From Rhodosorus marinus CCMP1338 (lineage: Eukaryota; Plantae; Rhodophyta): a stretch of 64,000 nucleotides of DNA. Numbering within the stretch: position 1 is the first letter of the stretch; each line of letters starts with the position of its first letter. The position numbers were made by a program, and so were the translations under genes. Positions 11,396 through 22,750 of this stretch are shown piece after piece. The notes beneath the pieces are model-generated. The model was not told the origin of the DNA. It saw only the letters and a program-made list of their open reading frames with translations, and ran no database searches. The stretch is from positions 1-64,000 of the forward strand of contig JAMWBK010000009.1 in assembly GCA_029953675.1 (NCBI GenBank), in the 5' to 3' direction.

Positions 11396-11692
11396 GCGTA
11401 CGGGGCAAATGGTACAAGAGTTCCTCCGCGACAGCTGCAAACACCTGCTGCACAGGAGTGAGGAGCTGAGAGACGTGAGATCCCAGATAAACCGGCAACT
11501 ATGGCGAGGTAACGCAGAGATAGCAGTAGGCGTTTTGCGAGTGGACCAGTTGGAGAATCCGCTGGTGCCTGTTTTTTCTTTTGAACGTAGCATGAGACCC
11601 CGGTAGCGGGGTTCCAGTAAGTTTCTCCCTAGATAGGATTAGACGTAGTGTTGCGCTGCAGTAGGCAGCTGCCCAGTAAAGCTTACGGTTAC
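11393..11692 (+). mobile_element. 5'-truncated family C RLE insertion (~300 bp), antisense within the gypsy pol
   Basis: Matches 32765-33060 (GQMVQEFLRDSCKHLLHRSEE...MRPR* plus 3' UTR). Confidence 0.9.
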
Positions 11693-11699
11693 ATTCACA

Positions 11700-11812
11700 G
11701 GATATCTGATTGAAAATATTCCCAAAAACAGGTCCGATTGCGCCTCCGCTCAATTCGTCCGGTAAATCGTCCGATATTCAATCAAAGTTAACCTAAAAAT
11801 CAATCATCTCTG
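11700..11812. mobile_element. Terminal fragment of a putative DNA transposon (same end as 40300-40405)
   Basis: aaaaacaggtccgattg...ataaatcgtcc..atattcaatcaa..aatcaatcatctc is shared with 40318-40405. Confidence 0.6.
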
Positions 11813-11814
11813 TT

Positions 11815-12000
11815 GATGCCGCTGCTGTTGCAGCAGCTCTTTCTCCTTCTCCATTTCCCACGTACCCGAGGTGTGTGGGCCCGGGATCACAAGAGGCTCG
11901 GGGTACGGCCCGCGTACCTTCCTCACAATCATACTTGTAACTGCTTATAAACTTTTACCGTTGTTTTCCACAAACAAAGCCGTCCAAAATTGTTTTCCAA
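11815..12000 (-). mobile_element. 5' UTR and ORF1 start of a family C/D-like RLE element
   Basis: Minus strand reads MIVRKVRGPYPEPLVIPGP, matching ORF1 of the 28.2 kb element (MIVREVRGPYPEPLVIQGP). Confidence 0.75.
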
Positions 12001-12860
12001 CCTAACCCCGTAGCCTTTATTCGGCTGCTATCTACGTAGCGCACTACTAAAACACTATGTACGCTCTAAACTTACCCCCTGTCCAGGGGTCTCATCTAAA
12101 TCTAGCTAAAGGAAATATTCTCCGGTCTACCCGGTCCTTCTCGATCGCATGTTCGACTAGCTGCGCATTTTGCTGCCATAAAACGCGGTTCAACTGACCT
12201 CTTACCGATGAGAGAGGTGTGTTCCCGATCATGAAGATGAGCAGTCGCCTTTCGCAGAAACTCTAGCCCTGCCTGTCCCAGCCGCCCGTATGTCTCAACA
12301 ATGAATGGTACCAGTATCACCTCCCTCCGTTCAGCGCTTATTACCTCCTGGTAGTGTGCGACTTTGCTTTGCTCCCCTTTCTCCGCTGCATATCCGTTTT
12401 TCCAGCTCGTTTGTCTCAGTTGATGACGTTGAAGCGGCGACGTCACCATTACGTCCACCACGTACACATGCCCGCTCGTCGGGTGCCTTGCTACAATATC
12501 TGGTCGAATACCTGACCCGGGAAAGAACCCTTGCGGCTCCACTCGTAGGTCCGTAAAATTCCACAGGTGCATCCATCGGCTCAGCTCCATTTTTAGTCCA
12601 TCATGTCGCTTTGTTCGCATGCCTGACGACGTTCGGCGGTGATGCAGACATTGAATTCCTCTTACATCGTGAGCTTGTTCACAAACCGTGTGCGTGTATG
12701 TCCGACCTAGCCCTGGTAGAGGTAGCCCGAACAGCATCCGCATGCTCCAGATCATCTCACCTCTGTTCAACTGCTCGGCCCTGTGCTAGGAAAATCTCGC
12801 AGCCATACCCCACATCCTGTTCCGGCTGCGGATCGGATACGCGCCCGGTCAATATCTTCC
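12000..12860 (-). mobile_element. RLE element family D, 3' fragment
   Basis: ORF 12102-12770: HHRRTSSGMRTKRHD...IRPDIVARH...VVDV...KVAHY...VPFIVETYG; tail aataaaggctacggggttag. Confidence 0.85.
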
Positions 12861-12879
12861 AGTGTAGGATCCCCAGTAA

Positions 12880-13725
12880 GTACCAGACTCACGTAACCGT
12901 AAACTTTACTGGGCAGCTGCCTACTGCAGCGTATCACTAATTCTACTACTGTCCAGGGAAAATCTTATTCTAACCCCGCTACCAGGGTCTCATGCTACGT
13001 TCTAAAAAAAAAACAGGGACCAGTGGATTCTCCAACTGGTCCACGCGCAAAGCCCCTAGGGCTATCTCCGCATTACCTCGCCAAAGTTGCCCGTTGATCT
13101 GCGATCTTACATCGCTCAGCTCCTCACTCCTGTGCAATAGGTGTTTGCAGCTGTCCCGCAGAGACTCCTGTGCCATCTTTCCCGTCCGCCCAAACGTTTC
13201 TACCGCAATTGGGATGAACTCGTCATCCGGGTGCTCTATCGTCATCGCCTCCTTGTAGTGCGCTTTCTTCCAGCTCTCTGCACATCTTGCTGCGTATCCA
13301 TTCTCCCCCTCACTACGCCTCAGATACTTCCCTTGCAGAGGAGACACAACCGTCACGTCCAGCGCATACCGTTGCAACGTCCTCGGATGCGTAGCAATGA
13401 TGTCTGGCCGTAGACCGTAGTTTTCAAAGTACTTCTCTGGCTCCTGTTCGATGTCTAGAAAGTTCCACCTGTTCAGCCACCTTGCGATCTCCGTGCATAT
13501 CTCTTCATGCCTACGTTGCCACAGCCCAGTCGACGTGGGGCAATGATGAAAGCGTTGTACTACATTTGCACCGTGTTTACCACGGCATCGAGTACACTTC
13601 TCCGTTGTCCGCAGCCCCGGAATCGGTAGCCCCGGTAGTTGTCGGATATTAACCTGCATTTCCGTCGAGCTCAGCTTTTTCGGCTCCAAAGTCGGCAGTT
13701 CTCGCAGCCAGACTCCCGACCCCAG
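12880..13725 (-). mobile_element. 5'-truncated family B-like RLE element
   Basis: ORF 12979-13743: CTRC...HHCPTSTG...RRH, LRPDI, ALDVTV, KKAHY; 3' UTR and tail at 12883-12970. Confidence 0.88.
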
Positions 13726-13776
13726 ACTGGACTTTACTAGCATAGCCTGAAGCGCTACGCAAGGCGTGAAGATGAA

Positions 13777-16700
13777 CTAATAACTAGGGAGGCAAGCATG
13801 CAACCCCAGGCGCCGATGGCGCGCCTCGGAAAGCATGTCGCTGGAATATCGCCAAAGGGAGACACTTAAACGCCTCAAGAGCGCCAAATATTCAGTAGGA
13901 TGCTCAGCAAAACATTTCCGCAACCACTCTAAACCCGACTTATCCACGTGACCAAAGCTTTCCACAATGAATGGCTGGAACCGGTGAGAGCGACCCTCAG
14001 CGCAAGGCAGACTGGCCATGCTCTCAGCATACCGTCGTTCCTTAACTCTTCGAAGGGCTGAAGCCGCGGCCCCCCGGCGGCGGGCGGCTGCGGTGAGGTG
14101 GGCGCTGGCCACGGGGCAGGTAATCGCAAGGTCCACATATGTTGAGCGTCTGGCAGCAGCGTCGGAGACGAGGAGATCGGCTATACAACGGGGCGGTGCA
14201 GAGTCCGAGATGGATCTGGGCAGTTCCGACTCAACCTCAACCGTATGCCCTATCCGAGTCAAAGATTCGCTGAGGATGTACTTGAGGCGAGTGTGACGCC
14301 TCGTATGGAGACCTCGCAACAGTCCGCAGGAACCCAGGAAGTGGTAGCCACAAGCGTCAATCCGGCTCTCACATCCCTGACAGAAAGACGGCCGATTAGA
14401 GTGCCACGGAGCCTGTGGCAAACCGAGATAGATCCGTGCGGCAGAACGGAACTGGAAAGCATCGAGACGATGACTCAATGACGACGGTAGAGTGGTTAAC
14501 CACAAGTGCGAGAGGTGGCCTCCCATGCCGCGGAGACGAGCGGCAGTGGTAGGCGGCGTGAGAGGAGAATTGAGCATGACTGTGTGAGCGGCACTGTGTT
14601 GGCCCCAGGTGAGGCTATGTTGAATCACATCAGTGCGGGAGCTCCACAATCGGCTCAAACCCGGGTAGTCTGCAACAGGGGACCCGGGGCTAGCCTCTCC
14701 GTCATCGGCAAGAACTCGGTCGAGGGGAAAATCCTCAATCGCTTCAGCTCGTCCCCATAACAGCTCCCCCCAGGAACGAAAGCGGGACCGATTTGCGTCC
14801 GGCACGGCGTTGCACCTCCTGAACGCGTGTTGAAGACCATCATAAATTGTCAAAAGCGGGGGCGGCAGGGTCACTGGATCCTCGTTGGTCAAAGCTCGAG
14901 CCAAGAGGCAGGCACTTCGCATCCGGAAGGTCACCAACGTTCGCAGCGCGGTAGCCCAGGAGGCAACCGCCGCTGGCGAGCATACCAGCCCACGGTCTGC
15001 GACGCCGAATCCCCCTAATCGCAACGGTAGAGCGATCTGTGCACGAATAAAGTCCCTGTCGGGAGCAGCTTCAAGATCGAGGGGCTCATCCAAGAGCGTT
15101 CCCCAGTGTTGCAGGGTCATTTCGTCGGCTTTAGCCGCGATCCACGAGCCCCAAGCTGGAGGCAGGCTGCGCAACCAGTAGTTGAGTCTGGGACCGGCAC
15201 AAAAGCGGGAAAGCAAGCAGGCCGATTGCAGCATGCTGTCGGGTAGGTGCTCAATGGCGTCGGTGAGTTGCTTGTGCCGTGCCAAAACTCGCTCACAGGA
15301 TGCTTGGACAAAGTTGTCAGTCCCCAATCCGACGCCGTGGTGTTCGAACCCTTCACGTTCGCTGATTAGTCGCAGAGTGGGTGGCAGAGAGTTCAGCGAC
15401 ACGTCCCTCGGGGGGGAGAAAGCGACATTTTTCTGTTTCAACAGTCAAACCGACGCGACGTGCAATCGCTTCGATCGCGGTCAGTCCCCTAGCCAGGGTG
15501 TCAGGGGTGCCCAGCAATGTTACGTCATCGTGGTACGCGCAGATTCGAAGATCCGAGACCTCAGTCGAAAGACGTAAAAGTACGAGCTGTAGGGCACAGG
15601 CATGAAGAAGAGGTCCGCAAGGGTCGCCTTGTTGGACGCCAGTATGTGCTTGAAAAACAGTGCCCTCCGTTGTCAAGTAGGGGAGGCTCTCCCCTCCGTA
15701 AATACCCGATAGAAACGGCCACGCCTCCGGAAACACACGTCGGAGCACCTCTAGCGCATGCGTCCGCGACACGCTGTTGAATGCGTTCCGGAAATCAACC
15801 ACCAAGACTCCCCACTCCGGCCTACTGGCGCGTTCTAGCTCGATCCTATGGGTGATCAGTTCGCAACCCCCAGAAAATCCCACCCCTACTTGCAAGGGCG
15901 CCATAAAAGCTGTGACGCGCTGGCGAAGGCGCTGGCATAGCCACCTCCCGGCTAACTTCCGTAGGCTCTCCACCATCCCGATCGGCCGGAGACGCGGGTG
16001 GGCCGGCTGGTGGTCAGGTTTCGTGAGCAAGCAAAGCTGTGCCTGCCGGAGATGTTCCCATGGCGCGGACGCACCCGATACGCCCTGGAACAACTTGTTA
16101 AGGATCCTCAGAAGCGCGCTCTGGCCAGGCTGGCTCAGGGCCTGCAATAGCTCTGTTCTTAGTCCGGAGGGTCCAGGACAGCGTCCCCGACGCGAGGTAC
16201 GAAGCAAATCCTCCAGGTCAGACTCACTGAGGGTCAGATCGATGCGAAACCTGGCCAACTCCGGACGGTCCAAGAATACCTCGAATTCAGGGGACAAATC
16301 CACGTCGGACTCAGGGAACAAAGACGACACTGTCTGGGCGAGACTATCATCGTAGGGGAGGACAGGCGCCTGGCCCTCCAAAACCCGCGCCGCTCGACGT
16401 AAATCGCCCACTGCTACCAATTTCTGTACTCGAGCTGGCACGGGCGACACTGTGCCATGCCGAGTCCGACGGGCGGATGGTGCTGACGACGCCAAATAGC
16501 TGCGCTGTAGTACTTCGAAGTCTCCCTTCAAGAACAGGGCCAGTCGGTCTCGTACTCGCCATCTGCGCTCCGATGTGTGAATGGGGGCCAGAATCAGGCG
16601 CGGCATGACCCCCAGAAAAACCCAAATGACTGTGTCCCGAATGTTGCGAGCCAGGCTCGTGAAGATGAAATCGAGAATGGTTCCAGCTACCAGAAGGTCT

Positions 16701-16849
16701 CCACGAGGAAGGACGACTGGGGGAATGCCCCCACGGAGGGGAAGCGAGCCTCCTTCCAAAGAAATCCACCGCCGGAGCCAACTCCGAAAACGCGTACGCC
16801 AAATGCCCCAGTCTCCGCCCTCCTTCAGGACATAAGACTGTAGATCCAT
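13777..16849 (-). CDS. Family A ORF2: reverse transcriptase plus CxxC..H...C zinc knuckle and RLE; one frameshift at a G run near 15410
   Basis: RLRPIG, QVGVG, VDFRNAFNSV, GVQQGDPCGP, AYHDD; QIALPLRLGGFG; CQGC...HFLGSC...RRH; ADLLV..YVDLAI..KERRY; FIVESFG. Confidence 0.9.
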
Positions 16850-16880
16850 AGGCTGCGACCTCGCAGCCGTGCCTGGAGCG

Positions 16881-18289
16881 CTAATCGTGCTTCTCCCCCT
16901 TAGACCCGGGGGAGTCGGTCCTCGCTCTCTTACCTCCTATCCGCACCAAAGTCGTGAGCCTCCCACTCCGCGAGGCTCGCGGAACGGATCCCGCGGGCTT
17001 CAGCAAAGTAACCTGGGCGTCCTCCACCGCCATGCCCTCAGTCTGCTCCCCTGCCTCACCACTCTCGCTGGAAGTAGTGCTGGAAGCAGAGCCCTCCAAA
17101 ATCCCCACCCGCTGCAGCTCTGTCTTGTAGCGCGAAGTCAGCACAAGTCGCCTCTCCAGATCGAAGAAACTGGAAACCGCCATGCGCAGGTGACGAGGGC
17201 CCGACCGGAACCGCGCCAACAAGATCCTCTCAAGGCGCTGAATCCGTAGCCAATGGATCGCTGCCGCCTTCACGCTGCTCTCATGCTCAGAGAGCCCTGC
17301 CGTTTCTCCCGGAGACAGGAAATTGCCCGAGAAACGGTCAAAATCGAAGTGCAAAACCACCTGCGGGTTGCAGCGCAGCCACCGGGCGCTCTCAGGCCAC
17401 TGCTCGGTAGGCTTCGCCAGCAAGGCCTCCAGGTACTTGGCGGCGGTTGCGGAGACCAAAAACAGCACATCGCGGCCCTCATAGTTTGCGAAGAAGAAAT
17501 CACCCCGGCTGCACCCTAACGATTCCGCAAAAGTGTCCCGGAAGTCTCGCATAGACGGAACCTGTCCTCGTGTAGTCTGGGGCCGGACATTTCGCACCCA
17601 CAGAAATTGGAGAGTGGTCTCCACAGGTCCATCCTGAGGCTCGCGAGATGGTATGAAACGGAGCATAGCCGCCGTACGTGTGGCAGTGGTGCCCTTCCGC
17701 AAGACTGATGCGTACGAAGCGCCCCCTTGCGGCCACCACGTGCCCCCGAAGTAGCCGGGAGCTGGTGACGACCTGAGGGCTGGTCCAAGAGAGGGAAGTC
17801 CACAGCTGCAGTCTCCTCCACACCGGTTGCCGCACAGTCACCACCACCATTGCCTCGAGTCCCCGAGCGCTGAAGCGCGTTTTGGCCCGGCCTGCCGCTC
17901 CCCAACGTCGTACTGTCCCGCGCAGAAGCAACAGCCCTCGCCTGTCCCGGGACAGGTTCATGTTGATTGACCGGATGTTGACTGCCTTCAGCCAACGCTG
18001 CCACTCTGGGGCAATTCAAATTCTCGTCCGAATTTGAATTTGACCTGGCCAGCAATCCCGATTCCAGCCCACCTAGCTTCTGGGTGAGCTGAGGGAGCAC
18101 TCCACGATCACTCGCAGCCGTGATCAGGCTGGTGACAGCGGAGATAAGTGAACGCGCCTGGGTGCCAGAAGCGCCTTCCAAGTCAACCTCGGAAGAAAAC
18201 GTGCCGCAGCTGAGGCGAACACGGAGTCCCCCACCTGGCAGTGCCTCCTTGGGAGGAGGCTCCGTCGAGTGCGGAGATATCCCTACCAT
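16881..18289 (-). CDS. Family A ORF1 (no recognisable gag knuckle); frameshifted near 17700-17760
   Basis: ORF pieces 17516-18364 and 16881-17702; the WVRNVRP motif is homologous to the B/C ORF1 LRNVRPP. Confidence 0.7.
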
Positions 18290-18559
18290 CCTGAGGGAAT
18301 CCGCCAAGGAAACGTTGCACCACCAATATGAAACCGCACCGAGAGAATAATCGACCAAACCCAACCCAAATAGGAAAGGCCCCGCAACTCACCCACCCGG
18401 AAGACAGAAGTAGTTGCAAATGCAAACGACGCCCCGCGGAAAATCGAGGGGAAGGCGTACCAGAGGAAGCGCTTCCCGTAAACGAACACGCTCGCGACCG
18501 AAAAAGAAACAAAACCCCAATCCTCGACAACTAGCATAGCCTCGATACCCCAATTACTA

Positions 18560-21185
18560 GCCCAGACTAACGCAACCGTAAGCTTTACTGGGCCGCTGAC
18601 TACTGCAGCGCAACACTACGTCTAATCCTATCTAGGGAGAAACTTACTGGAACCCCGCTACCGGGGTCTCATGCTACGTTCAAAAGAAAAAACAGGCACC
18701 AGCGGATTCTCCAACTGGTCCACGCGCAAAGCGCCTACTGCTATCTCCGCGTTACCTCGCCATAGTTGCCGGTTTATCTGGGATCTCACGTCTCTGAGCT
18801 CCTCACTCCTGTGTAGTAAGTGTTTGCAGCTGTCGCGGAGGGACTCTTGTGCCATTTGCCCCGTACGCACAAACGTCTCTATCGCTATCGGGATGAACTT
18901 GTCATCCGGTTTCTCGATCACCATCGCTTCCTTGAAGTGAGCGATTTTCCACTTCTCCGCAGCTCTCGCCGCGTATCCGCTATTAACTTGGCTCCGCCGC
19001 AAATATTTTCCCTGTAGTGGTGACACCACGGTCACATCCAGCGCATACCTTTGTTTGATCCTCGGATGCCTAGCAACGATATCAGGTCGCAGTCCGTAGT
19101 TCTCGAAGCACCCCTCAGGTTCTTGCTCTACGTCCATGAAGTTCCATTGCCTCAGCCACCGTGCCAGCTCTCTGCAGATTTCGTCGTGTCTACGTTGCCA
19201 CAGTCCAGTTGATGTTGGGCAGTGATGAAACCGTTGTACCCCAGTCCTTCCGTGTTTACTCCGGCAACTAGTGCACTTCTCGGTGGTCCGCAATCCCGGA
19301 ATTGGCAGCCCCAGCAGTTGTCGAACGTTTACCTGCATCTCAACCGCACTCATTTTTTTCGGTGTCAGCGTTGGTATTTCACGCAGCCAGACTTTCGACC
19401 CGGATCCCGCGGCGGACCGTAATCGAGCTCGGTTTTCAGGGGAGATTCGTGGGTTGGTGACCAAGCTTTGGAATGCACAATGGTGTGCCTCTCGAGAGAG
19501 GGTTTGTTGTATTGAACCATTATTCCAAGCTGCAGTCTCGCCCGGTGCGCTTCGAAGAGATGTTTCGCGCGGTTGTTGCAGGGTAGTCAGTGCCAAGATC
19601 CGCGGCGGGGTTTCTGGTCCGAGCCTCCGTTGTATTGCTCGCGACGATGCACATATCTGGTCCGCAGCTGTGCAGTCGACCATCGTTGCTCCATCGGCTC
19701 GTATGTGTCCGGCGAGCGTGCTGCCGAAACTTCCCGCTCTAGTTCAGTCAGGTATGGCCATTCATCTTCATTGTTCCGGAAGGTGTTTCTCCATGACGAG
19801 TAAAACGCGATGGGTTGGACGCGCTTTCGAGTAGCGAAACCCAACCCTCCCCAGCGGCAGGGCAGAGGGATTTGGTCCGAGATCAGCTCTGCGTACTCGT
19901 CGTCCTCTACAGCTGTCGTAGCGAGGCCTCCGAATAGAATTTCCAGATGATATCTGGTCATCACATCCGCCTCGCGTGCCAGAGTTCTTCCAAACTCGTA
20001 TGCGAGGCATCGTAGAACATAGTCTATCCGCGTTTCCGCACAGAACCTGAAGAGGGCAATTTGCGTCGTAAGCTCCGTTTGTGGAAGCTCGGCAATTTCC
20101 TCAAAGAGTTTCTCATGCTTATTTTGCAACCCCCGGCACTCCTGTTCGATATGTTCTCGGCCGCCTATCGGTATCGAGTGGATAGTGACTCCGTCTCTGG
20201 TCACTTGGACTCCAGGAATCTCATGGTTGGCCACTCGCGTGGTAGTCAGTGTTCGCCCGTACACAGTGCACTTGCCGAGTTGCAGGCGTGCTCCAAGAGA
20301 GGGGAGCACAGTTTTTCCCCATGCCAGGGATGCCTTCAAGGCTTGTAGCGACCCGACAATCCTGATATCGTCGTGGATAGCAACAATCGTTTCGTTGGAG
20401 AACTTGGCTCGCAACGCTCTTAGAAAGGGCGCCAGGGATAGTGCATGTAGCACCGGCCCCAGTGGATCTCCCTGTTGGACTCCTGTAGCTGCTTGGAGAG
20501 TCAGGCGAGAGGTGTCGGTTTCGTTCTGTCCAGGGGAAGATCGCCAGCCACAGAGCGTCGGTGAGTCCGCGTTGTCGCTTCCATAGCCAAGCCTATACAC
20601 TGGTGCAAGCTCCGGGAAGTGCTCGTCCACCAGTTGCTTGGCAAGGCGTCGGTCGATGCGATTAAAGGCATTCTCCAGGTCTAGCCGAAGGATCATCGAA
20701 TCGGGTTCGCATGACAAATGGGCCTGGATCGCGTGAAGTGAGCGTTAAGCACCCGCCACTTACTCCAATACCCAGTTGTAAGGGCACCAGGAGCTCACGC
20801 ACCCTGTTCATAACCGCGTGAAGAGTCCATTGCGTTGCTACCTTGCGCAAAGCTTCTGATACTCCGATAGGGCGAACTCCGGGATGTTCCTGCGGCACTG
20901 AACCCTTGTTAGGCTTCGAGAACGGCAGGAGTCGACTGCCGCGAAGGGCGCGGATCAGAGCCGGGGAAAATTTCTCCGGAGCGGTCGCCAGTTGTCGCAA
21001 TACACGAATCAACGCCACTTGCGTCTGTTGAGTTGCACCTTGGAGGTGTTCCGCTCGGAGACCGCTAGGACCTGGGCTCTTGCCCTGAGAAAGACGTGCC
21101 ACGATCGACATGAGGCCCTCGTCGGCCGCTTTTCTTGAATCCCACCGCCGCTTAAGTGTTTCGGTATTCAGAGCGAGCAAAGATT
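18560..21185 (-). mobile_element. 5'-truncated, disrupted family C RLE element
   Basis: RT (LDLENAFNRI, GVQQGDPLGP, AIHDD) and RLE pieces in ORFs 20662-21180, 19587-20717 and 18658-19683; near-identical to 30450-33060. Confidence 0.92.
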
Positions 21186-21380
21186 CCAGGGTAACTGTAA
21201 ACTTTACTCGGCAACTGCCTAATGCAGCGCAACACTAATTCTATCAAGATCTAGGGAAAATGTGTGTTTAACCCCTGACTAACGTAACCGTAAGCTTTAC
21301 TGGGCAGCTGCCTACTGCAGCGCAACACTACGTCTAATCCTATCTAGGGAGAAACTTACTGGAACCCCGCTACCGGGGTC
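21185..21380 (-). repeat. Two stacked isolated 3' UTR/tail remnants (B-type ~85 bp, C-type ~110 bp)
   Basis: gtaaactttactcggcaactgcc... followed by taacccctgactaacgtaaccgtaagctttactgggcagctgcc...aaccccgctaccggggtct. Confidence 0.85.
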
Positions 21381-22168
21381 TAACCCCGTAGCCTTTATTG
21401 GGCAGCTACCTCATGTAGCGCATCACACGATCACTACGTACGCACTAACCAAACCTGGACTCCCTGTCCAGGAGTCTCATCTAAATTCTACTTAGGGGAA
21501 ATATCGGTCTATCTGCGCGATCTTTCTCGATCGCGTGCTCAACTAGCGCAGCATTGTGCTGCCACAAAATGCGGTTTAGTTGACCCCTCACCGACAATAG
21601 ATGGGAGTCACGATCATGCAGGTGCGCGCTCGCCGTTCGAAGAAATTCAAGGCTTGCCTGGCCCATTCCACCAAATGTCTCAAAAATGAACGGCACAAGA
21701 ACCACATCTCGGTTTTGCTCCCTCAGCACTTCCTTATAATGCAACGCCTTCGCTTGTTCGGCCTATTTCGCAGCATACCCTCAGTTCCAGCTCGTATGTC
21801 TCAACGGATGTCTTTGAAGTGGCGATGTCACCATCACATCCACCACGTACACGTATCCGCTCGTCGGGTGTCGTGCAACGATGTCTGGGCGAATTCCAGA
21901 CCCAGCAAAGAACCCCTGAGGCTCTACTTGTATCTCCGTGAAACTCCATAGGTGTAACCATCGACTCAGTTCCACCTGTAGCTCGTCGTGCCTCCTGGTT
22001 CGCATCCCTGATGAGGTCCTGCAGTGGTGCAGCCGCTGGATCCCACGCACATCGTGTGGTTGCTCGCAGACTGTGCACGTGTGTGACCGCCCTAGTCCTT
22101 GTAGTGGTAGCCCTAGAAGCATCCGCATGCTCCACAACATCTCATTTCGCGTCAACTGCCGCGGCCCT
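21380..22168 (-). mobile_element. Family D RLE 3' fragment with stop codons
   Basis: CTVC...HHCRTSSG..RRH, IRPDIV, VVDV, VPFIFETFG; same tail as the 12000 copy. Confidence 0.85.
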
Positions 22169-22480
22169 GTACTGGACTTTACTAGCATAGCCTGAAGCGC
22201 TACGCAAGGCGTGAAGATGAACTAATAACTAGGGAGGCAAGCATGCAACCCCAGGCGCCGATGGCGCGCCTCGGAAAGCATGTCGCTGGAATATCGCCAA
22301 AGGGAGACACTTAAACGCCTCAAGAGCGCCAAATATTCAGTAGGATGCTCAGCAAAACATTTCCGCAACCACTCTAAACCCGACTTATCCACGTGACCAA
22401 AGCTTTCCACAATGAATGGCTGGAACCGGTGAGAGCGACCCTCAGCGCAAGGCAGACTGGCCATGCTCTCAGCATACCTG
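22168..22480 (-). mobile_element. Family A 3' fragment
   Basis: Essentially identical to 13726-14030. Confidence 0.9.
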
Positions 22481-22748
22481 TACTAGGACAGTCACGTAGC
22501 CAGACCCCGCACCCCGTTCCAGATGCCGATCGGATCCTCGCCCGGTCTAGGTCGTCCAGTGTTGAATCTCCAGTAAGCTCCTCAAAGGCTTGTCGGTGAC
22601 ACTCTCGAGAGAGCGTTTTTTGGATCGGACCGTCAAACCTTTGAGTACCTGCTGTGTCTTCCGCTGTGCCTTCGGCCGAGTCCTCCAGCGGTTGCCAATC
22701 GGCCAGCCTCTGGATCCGTGCACTGGTCGTCGCTGGCAAACGTCGTCT
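22480..22748 (-). mobile_element. Internal ORF2 fragment of a B/D-like RLE element
   Basis: IQKTLSRECHRQAF...RARIRSASGTGCGVWLR is homologous to B/C IQQTLSREAHHCAF...RARIRSAAGSGSGVWLR. Confidence 0.75.
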
Positions 22749-22750
22749 AA

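Larger units (their letters stand above)
13726..18545 (-). mobile_element. Near full-length RLE non-LTR retrotransposon family A (ORF1 + RT-RLE ORF2)
   Basis: ORF1 18289-16881; ORF2 16849-13777; tail ggctatgctagtaaagtccagt. Confidence 0.93.

Noticed and set aside
10436-11593. 385-aa ORF as a novel fusion protein
   Set aside because: Its N-terminus is the antisense of an inserted family C fragment and its C-terminus is out-of-frame integrase. It is a by-product of nesting.
18290-18545. HDV-like or hammerhead ribozyme in element 5' UTRs
   Set aside because: No nested double pseudoknot or CUGAUGA/GAAA core could be identified by eye; only a 12-bp palindrome (ggaagcgcttcc). An Infernal/RNArobo search would be needed.
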